DNA of 64,000 nt, from the IMG/VR virus record IMGVR_UViG_3300049259_000212. The stretch is one strand, 5' to 3'. This DNA is from an uncultured virus (IMG/VR IMGVR_UViG_3300049259_000212). Taxonomy: Duplodnaviria > Heunggongvirae > Uroviricota > Caudoviricetes. The notes beneath the pieces were generated by a model that worked only from the letters and a program-made list of their open reading frames with translations, did no database searches and was not told where the DNA came from. Numbering within the stretch: the first letter of the stretch is position 1; the number at the start of each line of letters is the position of its first letter. Position numbers and translations under genes: made by a program. This document shows, one piece after another, positions 1 to 10,439 of this stretch.

Positions 1-14
1 CCAAGGAGATTGCG

Positions 15-548
15 ATGGAGCCGGCACACCAGACCCTCGTCCTCAGTCAGAGCTTCGAGCCGATCAAGATCGTTTCGTGGCGTCGCGCCATCACGATGCT
101 CTTCCTCGGCAAGGCTGAGGTAATCGAAGAGCATGATCGCAACATCAAGACGACCTCCATTTTGATCAAGGTGCCCGCGGTCGTACGTCTCCTGGGAGCA
201 TTCCGTCGCCACCGCAAGCCGGTGAAGTTCTCGCGCGTGAACATCTATGGCCGCGACAAGTATTGCTGCCAGTACTGCGCTGTGCAGAAATCTGTACACG
301 AACTCACGTACGATCACGTGGTACCGCGCTCGCGTGGCGGCCTTACGACATGGACGAACATCGTGACGGCGTGCGAGGCTTGCAACCGTCAGAAGGCGAA
401 CCGCACTCCCGAGCAGGCGGGTATGCGACTGCTCAAGGCGCCCGTGCAGCCGAGCGCGATCCCGACGCTCATCCTCACGGTAAGCCGTGAGTCGGTCCCC
501 GATGCGTGGCGAGACTATCTATACTGGACGCAGGAGCTGACCCCATGA
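15..548 (+). CDS. HNH endonuclease (McrA-like)
   Basis: RDKYCCQYC...TYDHVVPRSRGG..TWTNIVTAC..CN..KANRTP motif; AGGAG RBS upstream. Confidence 0.92.
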   Translation: MEPAHQTLVLSQSFEPIKIVSWRRAITMLFLGKAEVIEEHDRNIKTTSILIKVPAVVRLLGAFRRHRKPVKFSRVNIYGRDKYCCQYCAVQKSVHELTYDHVVPRSRGGLTTWTNIVTACEACNRQKANRTPEQAGMRLLKAPVQPSAIPTLILTVSRESVPDAWRDYLYWTQELTP

Positions 549-643
549 TCGACATCAAGTGCACTCGCGCCTCGTGCGCTCACTGCGCGCGGATGATCAA
601 CAAGGCGACCCCGGATCATCCGGGCAAGCTCGTGCAACCTCCG

Positions 644-886
644 TCAGTGTCCGCGACAGCTGCCTGAACAGATCTCGCAGAAGTCGCCTCCGAAGCTGTC
701 ATCGAATTCTGGGTCTGACGCAGGGTAGACGACCTCTTCTTCCAGGACATCGCTCGCAGGTTCCTCGAGCGAGCAACTCGGGCACTGAAGAGTCCCGTCG
801 GAGCGCTTCCACGCTTCCGGCAACTCACCAAGGCCTTCAATCTCGACAGTCTTTCCACAGCCGGTACAAACGACGAACGTGGCCAT
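644..886 (-). CDS. small Cys-rich (zinc-ribbon-like) hypothetical protein
   Basis: three CxxC pairs in 80 aa; TAGCGT 6 nt upstream of ATG. Confidence 0.6.
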   Translation of the reverse strand: MATFVVCTGCGKTVEIEGLGELPEAWKRSDGTLQCPSCSLEEPASDVLEEEVVYPASDPEFDDSFGGDFCEICSGSCRGH

Positions 887-928
887 GCTGTAACGCTACG
901 GTACCGGTGCATCGAGTGACAGTTTTTG

Positions 929-1000
929 GCCGCTGTCGTCCAATGGGTAGGACGCCGCTTTGGTAAGGCGGAACTCCGAGTTCGATTCTCGGCCGCGGCT
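929..1000 (+). tRNA. tRNA-Thr(GGT)
   Basis: acceptor GCCGCTG/CCGCGGC; anticodon arm CCGCT-TTGGTAA-GGCGG; T arm CCGAG-TTCGATT-CTCGG; CCA not encoded. Confidence 0.85.
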
Positions 1001-1006
1001 CAATAC

Positions 1007-1077
1007 TCAGGGTTCGTCTAACGGTAGGACCGATGCCTTTGGAGCATCTGATCTGGGTTCGAATCCCCGACCCTGAA
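1007..1077 (+). tRNA. tRNA-Gln(TTG)
   Basis: acceptor TCAGGGT/ACCCTGA; GATGC-CTTTGGA-GCATC; TTCGAAT T loop. Confidence 0.92.
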
Positions 1078-1081
1078 CTTT

Positions 1082-1152
1082 GCGTGTGTAGCCAAGCGGT
1101 AAGGCAGTTCTCTGCAAAAGAACCATCGCGAGTTCGATCCTCGCCTCACGCT
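1082..1152 (+). tRNA. tRNA-Cys(GCA)
   Basis: GTTCT-CTGCAAA-AGAAC anticodon arm; U73 discriminator; GCGAG-TTCGATC-CTCGC. Confidence 0.92.
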
Positions 1153-1156
1153 CGAT

Positions 1157-1230
1157 GCTTCCGTAGCTCAGAGGATCAGAGCAGTTGATTTCTAATCATC
1201 TGGTCGGAGGTTCGAGTCCTCCCGGAAGCA
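1157..1230 (+). tRNA. tRNA-Arg(TCT)
   Basis: acceptor GCTTCCG/CGGAAGC; loop TTTCTAA; GGAGG-TTCGAGT-CCTCC. Confidence 0.92.
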
Positions 1231-1247
1231 CTTCATCATCGGCTTTG

Positions 1248-1319
1248 GTCGACGTCGTCCAATGGCAGGACAGCGGTTTTTCAAGCCGTCAAATGCCGGT
1301 TCAACCCCGGTCGTCGACA
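1248..1319 (+). tRNA. tRNA-Glu(TTC)
   Basis: acceptor GTCGACG/CGTCGAC; GCGGT-TTTTCAA-GCCGT; GCCGG-TTCAACC-CCGGT. Confidence 0.9.
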
Positions 1320-1388
1320 CGATCTCGCGTGTTGCAAGCGGCATCACTTTGATGTCACAACACACTCTCTCAACCCAAGGAGACGGAC

Positions 1389-3020
1389 ATGTCTGGAACT
1401 GGTTTCAACTATCTGAAGACGGCGTATGGCCCAGCGACGCAGCGCGAGAAGACGGATGCGCGCCAGGTCGAGAACAACGCCGGAGGTTTCACTTTCGTTG
1501 TGGACGACTGGTCGCGCCTCCAGCGCTTCCTCGTGCTCGGAGCCGAGGGCGGCACGTACTACGCGTCGGAGCGCACGCTCGTGCGTGAGAACGCTGCCGT
1601 GGTCGAGCGGTTGATTCAGTTGGACGGTCCGCGACTCGTGCGCGAGGTGACCGAGCTGTCGGTGAGTGGTCGTGCTCCCAAGAATGATCCGGCGATCCTC
1701 GCGCTTGCCATGGCCGCGAAGCTCGGCAACGAGCCGACGCGGATCGCGGCGTACGCGGCATTGCCGAAGGTCTGCCGTATCGGCACGCACCTGTACCACT
1801 TCGCGACGTTCACGAGTTCGATCGGAAACGGTGGCTGGGGACGTGGCATGCGCAACGCGATCGCGCGCTGGTTCAATGCGCGATCGGTCGATGATGCTGC
1901 TCATCAGCTCTTGAAGTACCAGTCGCGTGATGGATGGTCCGCGCGCGATCTGCTCAACCTGACGCACCCGAACCCGAAGAAGGCGACGGGCGAGGGCTCG
2001 TTCGAGGTTCGCGATGCGCTGTATGGCTGGGTGACGCTCGGCTATGACAAGCTCGAGGAAGACAAGCGCTCAAGGGTGCCGGCGATGGTCGACGCGTTCG
2101 AGCGTCTCAAGAAGGAGACGGATCTCGACAAGGTGCTCAAGCTGATCGTCGATCATGATCTGCCGCGCGAAGCGGTTCCGACGCAGCACTTGACGCACGC
2201 CAAGGTGTGGGAAGCCCTGCTCCCCCACATGGGCCTGACAGCTCTTCTGCGAAACCTCGCGACCATGACTCGCGTGGGAGTGATCGCGCCGCTGGGTGAG
2301 CACGTGGGATCCATCTGCGCGCGCCTCACTGACGCCTCGCAGCTGACCAAGGCGCGTGTTCACCCGATCCAGATGCTGTCTGCGTTCAAGACGTACAGCA
2401 GCGGTCATGGCGTGCGTGGCTCGTCAACGTGGATGCCGGTGCAGACCGTTGTCGACGCGCTCGATGCTGGATTCTACGCATCGTTCGCGGCCGTCGAGCC
2501 GACCCACAAGCCGACCCTGCTCGCGCTAGATGTGTCTGGTTCGATGACGATTGGAGAGATCGGTGGTTGCAAGGGGCTGAATCCACGTGAGGCGTCCGCT
2601 GCAATGGCGCTGGTGACTGCTGCTCGCGAGCCGAATCACCACATCCTGGGCTTTTCTCACACGTTCGTCGATGTTCCGATCTCGCCGAAGATGCGTCTCG
2701 ATCAGGCGATCGCTGTGATCGAACGTATCCCAATGGGCAGAACAGACTGCGCCTTGCCGATGCTGTGGGCAGAGAAGACCAAGGCGGCTGTCGATTCGGT
2801 GTCGATTTACACCGACAACGAGACCTGGTTCGGCGACGTACATCCGCACAAGGCACTTCAGAGTTATCGTCGCTCGTCAGGCCGGTCGACGAAGGTGGCT
2901 ATCGTGGGGATGACAGCGACAGCATTCACCATCGCAGATCCGACGGACGGGGGCATGATGGACGTTGTGGGCTTCGACGCGAGTGCACCTGCACTCATGG
3001 CCGATTTCTTTCGCAGCTGA
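1389..3020 (+). CDS. rsr: Ro60/Rsr ribonucleoprotein (TROVE + vWA domains)
   Basis: QVENNAGGFTF..DDWSRLQRFLVLGAEGGTYY; KYQSRDGWS; vWA LALDVSGSM, TDCALPM, YTDNETW, IADPTD.GMMDVVGFD; AAGGAG RBS. Confidence 0.97.
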   Translation: MSGTGFNYLKTAYGPATQREKTDARQVENNAGGFTFVVDDWSRLQRFLVLGAEGGTYYASERTLVRENAAVVERLIQLDGPRLVREVTELSVSGRAPKNDPAILALAMAAKLGNEPTRIAAYAALPKVCRIGTHLYHFATFTSSIGNGGWGRGMRNAIARWFNARSVDDAAHQLLKYQSRDGWSARDLLNLTHPNPKKATGEGSFEVRDALYGWVTLGYDKLEEDKRSRVPAMVDAFERLKKETDLDKVLKLIVDHDLPREAVPTQHLTHAKVWEALLPHMGLTALLRNLATMTRVGVIAPLGEHVGSICARLTDASQLTKARVHPIQMLSAFKTYSSGHGVRGSSTWMPVQTVVDALDAGFYASFAAVEPTHKPTLLALDVSGSMTIGEIGGCKGLNPREASAAMALVTAAREPNHHILGFSHTFVDVPISPKMRLDQAIAVIERIPMGRTDCALPMLWAEKTKAAVDSVSIYTDNETWFGDVHPHKALQSYRRSSGRSTKVAIVGMTATAFTIADPTDGGMMDVVGFDASAPALMADFFRS

Positions 3021-3032
3021 TCTCGTGAGTGC

Positions 3033-3061
3033 TTGACGAAGCTCTCGATCGAGCGCATGGT
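3033..3061 (+). promoter_or_regulatory. sigma70-like promoter for the Y RNA array
   Basis: TTGACG-N17-CATGGT; predicted +1 falls at 3068, the first base of the first Y-like stem. Confidence 0.6.
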
Positions 3062-3067
3062 CGATTC

Positions 3068-3128
3068 GTCGGGTTGTAGCTGTAGTGTTCTCTTGGGTTG
3101 AACGCGCTACGGCGGTTTGTCATCCGAC
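3068..3128 (+). ncRNA. minimal Y-RNA-like stem-loop 1
   Basis: GTCGGGTTGT...TTGTCATCCGAC closing stem; inner GCTGTAG/CTACGGC helix; directly downstream of rsr. Confidence 0.7.
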
Positions 3129-3137
3129 ATTTGTTTC

Positions 3138-3192
3138 GCTGGGTTGTTGTGGAGTGTTCTCGGCAAAAGTCGCTCCGCGCTTGTCATCCAGC
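3138..3192 (+). ncRNA. minimal Y-RNA-like stem-loop 2
   Basis: GCTGGGTTGT...TTGTCATCCAGC closing stem with compensatory changes; inner GTGGAGTG/CGCTCCGC. Confidence 0.7.
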
Positions 3193-3201
3193 ATTGTCTT
3201 C

Positions 3202-3335
3202 GGCGGGTTGTAGATCGAGGGTTATCTTCTACGAAAAGAGAGATACAGGTTCGAGCCCTGTCGTAGCTTCTGAAAGGTCGCCGCGTAGCTCAATTGGCAG
3301 AGCGCTAAAACCCCCTGGATCGCCTTTCATCCGCC
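3202..3335 (+). ncRNA. yrlA: YrlA-type Y RNA with permuted tRNA-like domain
   Basis: GGCGGGTTGT...TCATCCGCC closing stem; inside, T arm (ACAGG-TTCGAGC-CCTGT), loop-closed acceptor stem, then D arm (TA-GCTC-AATTGGCA-GAGC). Confidence 0.85.
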
Positions 3336-3694
3336 ATTTTTGAGGTCGTTGCCGTCAAGGTGACGGCCTCTTTCTTTTGTGCGCTAGGATCATCCGTATG
3401 GATGGTCACGAGCTGCTCGGGTATCTCGCAACGGGGCCTGCTGCGAGTGCAGATGGAGGTCCTCGCGGATACCGTCGCCGCGGCGCTTCGTTGCCCGAGC
3501 ACTATCTCCCGGGACGCTACCTCGCGTCGCGCACACCGGGAGGTTCGCGGCCTTGTCGTGTCGGCTGTGAACTCTTCCGTCCAACCTGCTCCGTGGTTTC
3601 TGCGCAACGTGATCGGCTGTGAAGATAACCGAGCCACGTTTGCTCTTCCTCCACTCACGGGGCGCGCAGGACGTCGTGGCCGCTGGGCATCGCG

Positions 3695-3949
3695 ATGATC
3701 GATCACGACATCGGCCACGGCGTCATCATTCGCTGGGACGACGATGGCCGCGGGCTTTGGTGGAAGCACCCAGGGCATCGAGCCTGGTCCACGTTGCGCT
3801 TCAAGCCTGATCCAGCGTCCACTGGACACGTGCTCGTTGCGGGCGATCCGCAGCACACGGACGTTCTGACGATTCAGGGATCGCTGCTCTGCCCCGTTGG
3901 CTGTGGCGCGCACGGCGTCATCACGAACGGCCGCTGGATTCCCTGCTGA
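3695..3949 (+). CDS. DUF6527-like small Cys/His protein
   Basis: C-terminal LTIQGSLLC..GC.AHGVITNG.W. Confidence 0.55.
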   Translation: MIDHDIGHGVIIRWDDDGRGLWWKHPGHRAWSTLRFKPDPASTGHVLVAGDPQHTDVLTIQGSLLCPVGCGAHGVITNGRWIPC

Positions 3950-4555
3950 CTACGCCAAGTAGCGCTGCTCGGACACAATCTCGGCATCCGTGACGTCTTG
4001 ATGCCACGGCTGCCCGGTCTTCTTCTTCGGCGCGGCCTTGGGCGTGTATGGAATGCGCGGGGGCGTTGCAGCGGTACGCGTTCCTGCGCGGCGAGTCGCA
4101 GCGCGGCGCGCGTCCGCTTCTGCGCGGCGCTTCGTGGCGTCTCGTGCGAGCGCGATGACGGAGCCGTTCGCAACCGCGTTGATGAGGATGAGCACGAGCA
4201 ATGCGACCACGCTCGTCATGCCGGTAGCCACGAGCATCACACCTTCGAGCGCGAGCACGAAGCCGAGCGCCTTGCGGTGATCACCGAACGCCGCCTTGCC
4301 GAACTTGTAGACCGAGAGGCCCGAGAACACCGCGCAGCCGATCACGACCGCGAGCATGATCAGCGCGCGAGAGCTGTGGCTGGTCGACCACGCCGTCGGA
4401 ATCTGGTCGTGCGCGAGCGTCCGTCCGAACCATGGAACGAGGCCGCCGATCACGGCGCCGATGAGGGCCGCGTGCGGGTTGCGAAACGCGCATTCGAGCT
4501 GCGTGACGATGTCGGTGGTGACGGAGCGATCGACGACTTTGCGTTTGCGGCTCAT
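3950..4555 (-). CDS. hypothetical membrane protein
   Basis: several hydrophobic segments; likely start MSRKRK at 4555. Confidence 0.6.
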   Translation of the reverse strand: MSRKRKVVDRSVTTDIVTQLECAFRNPHAALIGAVIGGLVPWFGRTLAHDQIPTAWSTSHSSRALIMLAVVIGCAVFSGLSVYKFGKAAFGDHRKALGFVLALEGVMLVATGMTSVVALLVLILINAVANGSVIALARDATKRRAEADARRAATRRAGTRTAATPPRIPYTPKAAPKKKTGQPWHQDVTDAEIVSEQRYLA

Positions 4556-4694
4556 GCCGTGAGATAGAGCATCCCTCGTGCCGACGGAGGCACGCTGTAA
4601 GTCGGCATGTTCGCAACCAGGGTGCGTATCAACCCAGGTCGCGAAGAAGCACAGCGGGGTGTCTCTCAAGACACGGTAGGAAACTACCCAGGGG

Positions 4695-6080
4695 CTACGC
4701 AATTGCTGTCCAGATAGCACCGTTCCATACGTACAGGCACGATCCGGCCGTGCCGTCGGTGCGGCTAAACATACTGCCGACAGTTCCACCTGTGGGCGCG
4801 CCGCTGGGCACACCCGTTCCACTCGCCCAGGTGGCTCCGGTGCCCATCGCCGCGCCTGTTTTGACGGTCTTTGCTTGAAAGACGCCCGTACTCTCGAGCT
4901 GAGCACCGATCGTAGATGTCGCTCCATCGGACGAGAACAGCAGTCGTCGACCTGCTTCGCTGTTCTGATTCGCGATGACCACATCGTTCGTGGCTGATCC
5001 GTTTACGAACTCGTTGTTATTCGCGGCGTACACGAAGATCGCTTCGTTGTTGTTGAAGCTTCCGCCCGCGCCGCGTGAAAGCACGAGGCCACCGCGAATT
5101 CCAGGGGCGACGTCCGTATCAAGACCTACCTGGAGGCCCATCGTCAGGTTTCCAGGGACCGTGTTCTTGACCTGAAGCTGATAGCCGTTGCCGAGCAATG
5201 TGCCGAGGCCTACACGCGGATTCTCAGTCACGGATCCTGGAACTTCAAATCCAGACACGTTGCTGTTGAGCTTGATCTCGGTCGCCGCAGACAGATCGAC
5301 GGGTCCTGAACCGAGGAGGTTGCTGACGGTCAACGATCGAATCGTGAGAAGGCCGTCGAACGAGGCAGGCCCCGAGTTGTAGAGCTCGCCCGCGACGCCG
5401 TAGAATGAATAGTTGTTGTCGCCGCCGGTCGCGCTCGCGAGCAGGCCGATATTGTTGAGGAGATGACCGCCCGCGGATTTGGAAGCTGTGTTTCCCGCGT
5501 AGAGTGCAAGCGACTGGCGATCGCTGTCGGTCGTGTTGTACGTGCTCTGCTGGAATGACTGAATGCCGCCGTCCTTGGACGTGATGTTCACTCCCGCAGT
5601 CGTGCAGAAGATCGCACCGTGATTGCCGGACGCGCCTGCCATGTCCGCGTCGATCTGAAGCTGCCGCGCAGAGAAGGTGACAAGACCTTGTGCTGCATCG
5701 TCGGTGATCGCTGAATCGCCAATTGCCGTCGTGGTGGTGAACTTTGAAACTCGATTGAGAGTTCCAGGGCCGACGCCACCACCACCGCCAGACCCTGTCG
5801 GTCCGACAGCACCGGTCGCTCCTGTGGCGCCTGCACTACCGCTCGCGCCCGTGGGTCCGGTGCTTCCAGTGCTTGTGAGACCCGTGGGTCCAGTGGGTCC
5901 AGTCGCCCCTGTAGGGCCTGTGGATCCTGTCGCGCTGCTACCTCCACCACCTGGACCTGTCGGTCCAGTCGGCCCCGTCGATCCATCACGACCGCGAGGT
6001 CCGCGCTTTCCGCGCTTGCCCTCATCGTCGCATGCGGCCTCGCATCCTAGTCGTCCGGGAATTCGTTGAGATTCAGCCAC
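4695..6080 (-). CDS. collagen-like (Gly-X-Thr) fibre-type protein
   Basis: Cys-containing N-terminus, GPT repeats, beta-rich body, C-terminal G.P.G...[15 protein letters not shown] motif. Confidence 0.8.
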   Translation of the reverse strand: MAESQRIPGRLGCEAACDDEGKRGKRGPRGRDGSTGPTGPTGPGGGGSSATGSTGPTGATGPTGPTGLTSTGSTGPTGASGSAGATGATGAVGPTGSGGGGGVGPGTLNRVSKFTTTTAIGDSAITDDAAQGLVTFSARQLQIDADMAGASGNHGAIFCTTAGVNITSKDGGIQSFQQSTYNTTDSDRQSLALYAGNTASKSAGGHLLNNIGLLASATGGDNNYSFYGVAGELYNSGPASFDGLLTIRSLTVSNLLGSGPVDLSAATEIKLNSNVSGFEVPGSVTENPRVGLGTLLGNGYQLQVKNTVPGNLTMGLQVGLDTDVAPGIRGGLVLSRGAGGSFNNNEAIFVYAANNNEFVNGSATNDVVIANQNSEAGRRLLFSSDGATSTIGAQLESTGVFQAKTVKTGAAMGTGATWASGTGVPSGAPTGGTVGSMFSRTDGTAGSCLYVWNGAIWTAIA

Positions 6081-6135
6081 GCTTTAGAGTACACGCGCTA
6101 TCACGGCAGTCCAAAAAGCTGGCCTTCGTCACCAT

Positions 6136-8199
6136 CTACGGCTTAAGAGCGACCGCAATCGAGGCGATGATCTCATTGGCGCTCATGGTGCCGGCGGTCG
6201 TTCCGTAGGCGCCCGGGGCTGCTTTCTCCCCCGTCACCAACGCGATGGACTGATAATCCCCGCCCACGCTGTAGTAGCTATCTTGGCGCTCCGTGATGTT
6301 CGACAGAGCTCCGTTCGAAAGCGCTCCAAGCGACACCGCGCTCGCGCCAGCACCCGTAACAAACAGCGCGACAAGGTCGTTAGGTACCGTCGTGGTGTCA
6401 CTCGCAATCGACACAGATGTGTCATAGGCGTTGTTCTCGCCAACGCTTGAGCCATCGATCGCGCTCCCCGTGAGAGTAGTAGGCGGCCGAAATACGAAGA
6501 TGCGTGCCGCGTTGATGACGCCGCTGTCAGCCACGGTCGGTAGCGGCATTTGGCCTGTGGGCTGCGTGTCCATTACGGCTTGATCCGCACGCACTTCGAA
6601 CAGCGCCACGTTTTGATACAGCGTACTCAAGCCGAGCGAGTTGTTGTTTTTCCGCAGGAGGTACCCGTTGGGAAGCGAGAGACTGGGCACAACATTCGTG
6701 TTCGCGCAGGTCGCCACGAGCAGGAGGATGTCGCCGTGCTGATGCGGATAGGCGGCCGGTGTGAGGGCACTAGCACCTGCAAGTCCTGGAGCCGCGCCGA
6801 GATAGATAGAAAACGTTGTTGGCGCTCCATCGGAGAGACCTTCCGCAGAAAGAATGGCAGCCCCAACACGATAGCCAAGCAGCGCCTGGCCGCGCGCGTC
6901 GTAGTGGATTCCGTCGCCGCCGAGAGCGATGTCGTCGGTGTTAACCAACAGCGCATTCGCTGCTCCGGCGACATAGCTTGCTTGCTGTGCGCGGACGATG
7001 GAGGCATACGCATACGAATGCGCGGCGTTGAGTTCTACAATCACCACGCGAAAGTTTCCGAACGTGCTTCGAAGAGAGTCGATAAACGTTGTGAGGTTCG
7101 CCGCGTAAGCGTTCGCGTCTGCCGACACGGTCGCATCCGTCTCGCCTTGAATCCAGACGAAGGTGCCCACAGGCTGACGACTGTTCGCGACGCAGGTGCT
7201 GATGTACGAAACAAGTTGCGAATACAGGTTCGGGGGACCGGGATTCGTCGGATAGGTTGAAGCAGGGATCCACATCTGTGCAAGGGAGCTATCTCCGAGG
7301 GCGAATTTGCCGATGTAGTTGAACCGTGGCGCCGCTGCTCGCAGCATACGGCCCATCGTCAACTCGGATCCCATGCTCGGAACGTTGCCGGTGGTGTAGG
7401 GCTGAAGCGCTTGAGGGCTGAGGTCGAAGGTCCACGTGATCGGATTGTTGGCTTGGCCAACTTTGGTTTGCAGCTGAACGGCGCCAAACGGAACGGTAAG
7501 ACCTAGCCCCGGATCAGACTGCTCAGCAATGGCGTAGCCGATCGCATTTGACTGGCCCGCAATCACGATCAGTCCGCTCGAGGATGGAAGCGGATCAGCG
7601 ACTGTGAAATCAAACGAATCGCCTGGTGTGGCTTGGTCCGATAGTGAAAGCGCGAACTGGGAAACAGTTCGGCTACTGACCGGGACTCCTAACTGAAGGA
7701 GCGTTGTGAAATCTGCGAGTGTCGCCTGCACGTTGTACAGGGCATTGGCACGTGTCGCCGGCAGGGGGATCGTGAGGTTTTGGAGATCCGGTTCTGATCC
7801 TGTCACGACATAGGAAAATCGTTGTTCGTTGCCAGCAAGCGCGGGACCTGTTGGACCTATCGGACCCGAAGGTCCTGTTGTTCCGATCGTGCCGGTAGGG
7901 CCTGTAGATCCGAGACCTGTGGGACCTGTTGCACCGGTGGATCCGACTGCCCCCGTAGGTCCCGTTGTTCCGATTCCCGTCGCTCCTGTGGGGCCCGTGG
8001 AGCCTGTGAATCCTGTCGGACCGGTCGCGCCCGTCGGTCCTGTGAACCCGGTGCCGCTTCCACTCCCCGGCCCTGTCGGCCCCGTGGGTCCTGTAGCACC
8101 ATCGTCACCTCGCCGGCCGCGCTTGCCACGCTTACCAGGCGTGTCATCACAGTCATCTTCGCAGCCGAGTCTGCCAGGAATCCGTTGGGTTTCCGCCAC
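6136..8199 (-). CDS. collagen-like protein with SGNH/SASA (sialate O-acetylesterase-like) domain
   Basis: GPT repeats; [15 protein letters not shown] and DGIHY motifs. Confidence 0.85.
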   Translation of the reverse strand: MAETQRIPGRLGCEDDCDDTPGKRGKRGRRGDDGATGPTGPTGPGSGSGTGFTGPTGATGPTGFTGSTGPTGATGIGTTGPTGAVGSTGATGPTGLGSTGPTGTIGTTGPSGPIGPTGPALAGNEQRFSYVVTGSEPDLQNLTIPLPATRANALYNVQATLADFTTLLQLGVPVSSRTVSQFALSLSDQATPGDSFDFTVADPLPSSSGLIVIAGQSNAIGYAIAEQSDPGLGLTVPFGAVQLQTKVGQANNPITWTFDLSPQALQPYTTGNVPSMGSELTMGRMLRAAAPRFNYIGKFALGDSSLAQMWIPASTYPTNPGPPNLYSQLVSYISTCVANSRQPVGTFVWIQGETDATVSADANAYAANLTTFIDSLRSTFGNFRVVIVELNAAHSYAYASIVRAQQASYVAGAANALLVNTDDIALGGDGIHYDARGQALLGYRVGAAILSAEGLSDGAPTTFSIYLGAAPGLAGASALTPAAYPHQHGDILLLVATCANTNVVPSLSLPNGYLLRKNNNSLGLSTLYQNVALFEVRADQAVMDTQPTGQMPLPTVADSGVINAARIFVFRPPTTLTGSAIDGSSVGENNAYDTSVSIASDTTTVPNDLVALFVTGAGASAVSLGALSNGALSNITERQDSYYSVGGDYQSIALVTGEKAAPGAYGTTAGTMSANEIIASIAVALKP

Positions 8200-8253
8200 G
8201 CTTCACAGTACACGCACTGTGCAACGGATCCAAAATCCCGACGTTGAAGTGAT

Positions 8254-8685
8254 CTAGCTGTCTCCTTGCAGAAGGCGCTCTGCGCGCTCGATTCGATGCG
8301 CGAGTCCGATCATCGCAGGGCCAAAGCCGAGACATCCTGAGGTCAGTCCCGTGTTGCCACACGCGTAGGCATCGAGGCCATGACGTAGATCGCCTCCCGC
8401 TCTGTCGATCCAGTACTTCATGAATCGCGCGCCTTCCAGATAGCCGATGAATGGATCTGTCAGCTGTTTGCACGTGAACGGCGAGAGCGAATCGGTGACC
8501 TGCATAACGCCACAGCGGCCAACCTTGTTCACCTTGGTTGGCATCCATCGGCTCTCGTGCCACGAGATCGCAATCACGACGCGAACCGGCACGTTGTAGA
8601 TTTGCGCTGCGAGTTGCGCCTCGACCAGGTGCTGCGGCACATCGCTCGGCCACACCAGGCGCAAGGCCAGGATGAGAAGGATCAT
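8254..8685 (-). CDS. SLT-type lytic transglycosylase-like protein
   Basis: AISWHESRW...CGVMQV...GARFM..W...LDAY motif; hydrophobic N-terminus. Confidence 0.75.
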   Translation of the reverse strand: MILLILALRLVWPSDVPQHLVEAQLAAQIYNVPVRVVIAISWHESRWMPTKVNKVGRCGVMQVTDSLSPFTCKQLTDPFIGYLEGARFMKYWIDRAGGDLRHGLDAYACGNTGLTSGCLGFGPAMIGLAHRIERAERLLQGDS

Positions 8686-9298
8686 GAGGCGGCTGTATCA
8701 CGAGCCTGCTGCGGATCGCCCTCTTTTGCCCGTGGGGGATCTCGTCAGAGGATCTTAGTCATCGACATCATTCATGTCGATTGCGGTGATCCAGGCCCGC
8801 TCGATCCGTTTACCGGCGATGCGCTCGACCACCGCAGGCCGAACCTGATCGTAGTAGCAGGGACCACGTGACAACTTTGGTCGCCCAGAGGGGTGACCGC
8901 TACAGCCGCAGGTTCGCTTTGATCGCTTGTCGCTCATCGTGATCTCCAGGAGCGCCCGCAAGGCGCTCGGTAGTGATCACGAAGTCGATCAGTGTGAAAT
9001 CAGAAACCATGGCGAACTACTTACCCCGCGCTTGGTTAAGTAGATCCATCGCCATTGCCGTTGTGTTGAAGGCCTTATCGATCCACTTGTACGTGGAAGC
9101 GGCCCCCGCGCCTTGTAGGGCAAAGGCTTCGGCAATCTCAAGCTGCGCTTCTTCCAGCTTTGAAAGCGCACGCGCGAGCTTTCGCTGCATTTTGGGGTTG
9201 TTAGGCATTTGGCAATACTAACAGAGCCGACTGAGAAGAGCGATTTACGCTCGCGTCGGTGGTAGATGTTCGGCTAGCTTCGGCCGAGGAGAATCAGT

Positions 9299-9763
9299 AT
9301 GAGCCAGAAAATCGTAAAGCTCGGAATCACCCGCGACCCCGACCTGATGTACTACATCAAAGGTGGCGACGTCTGGGCCTCGCCTCGCAAACAGCCCGGC
9401 AAGCCCAAGGGCAAGCCACAGAAGATCGCGTCGACGGGCATCGAGCTCGACTACAGCAAGTATCTCTACTTCGTTGATGGCGACGGCGATGTGGCTCGCA
9501 AGGAACGCGCGAGTGGAGGCAGCCGTTCCAAGGCCCCGAAGGCATCGAAGGCGCCGAGAGCTTCAGCGTCCGCGGTGCCCATGGCTCCCATCGCGTCGAA
9601 GCCGAGCAAGTCACGTACAGCCTCCAAGCCCGAGTCCGCGATGGCCGCTCTCTCGAAGCGAACGGGCAAGACGGAAGCCGAGCTTGACCGTGAGATCGAG
9701 GAGTGCCTGGGCCAAAAGAGCGGCGTGGGCACGACCGCATCTGCGCGAAAGAAGCGCCGCTAG
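9299..9763 (+). CDS. Cc1-like DNA-binding protein with basic tail and LDREI motif
   Basis: tandem K(I/V)..GI....YY/YF..GDV repeats resembling crenarchaeal chromatin protein Cc1; Lys/Ala/Ser-rich tail; GAGGAG RBS. Confidence 0.6.
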   Translation: MSQKIVKLGITRDPDLMYYIKGGDVWASPRKQPGKPKGKPQKIASTGIELDYSKYLYFVDGDGDVARKERASGGSRSKAPKASKAPRASASAVPMAPIASKPSKSRTASKPESAMAALSKRTGKTEAELDREIEECLGQKSGVGTTASARKKRR

Positions 9764-10076
9764 ATACGCCGCATTGATGAGAGCGACAGATAATTGGAAT
9801 TTGGCGTGTCGGGCTGTGTACGATTAGCCTCGTGCCTGTCCCCGCTGGTTCTCCTGTCGCGAACCCTGATGAGCATCCGCTGTTGACGGCTCGTCACGTG
9901 GATAACCTCACGACGGCGGTCCACACACTGACAATGGCGGTGCACCAGCAAACGCAGCTTCAACAGAAGATGCTGACGTCGATGCGCGAGCTGACAGCGG
10001 CTCTCGGCGGTCGTGTCACTCGAGATACACGCGACAACATGGCAGCGATCGTTCTCGAAGATCCGAAGTAGGTCCG

Positions 10077-10439
10077 ATGAAGTGGAAGACTGTTTCCGCC
10101 GTTGTCGCGGAGGTTGCAGAACGGCAGAAGCTGCACCGCCGCATTGCAGGGCTGATCGCCAAGTGGGAACCGATCCTTGGTGTCCACGTGAAGAACTGGG
10201 ATCTGCGGAAGATGAAGACGTTCTGGGGTTCCACGAATAAGGAACTGGGGCACACAACCTTCAACACGGAGATCGCGAAGCTGCCGGCGAAGACGCAGGA
10301 GTACCTCGTGGTCCACGAACTCGCGCATCACCTGACCAACGGGCATGACGCGAAGTTTTACGCGATTATGGATCGCAACGTTCCAGGGTGGCGCAAGATT
10401 CAGGCTCGTATCGAAGAGCCGCTCACGCAGTTCAGCTGA
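10077..10439 (+). CDS. YgjP/DUF45-like (M48-related) metallo-hydrolase
   Basis: MKT.WGS...EYLVVHELAH...GH...FY..M....P.W. Confidence 0.85.
   Translation: MKWKTVSAVVAEVAERQKLHRRIAGLIAKWEPILGVHVKNWDLRKMKTFWGSTNKELGHTTFNTEIAKLPAKTQEYLVVHELAHHLTNGHDAKFYAIMDRNVPGWRKIQARIEEPLTQFS

Noticed and set aside
3068..3335. CRISPR-like repeat-spacer array
   Set aside because: The shared parts are short paired ends of stems with compensatory changes, unit lengths are unequal, and there are no cas genes; Y RNAs fit better.
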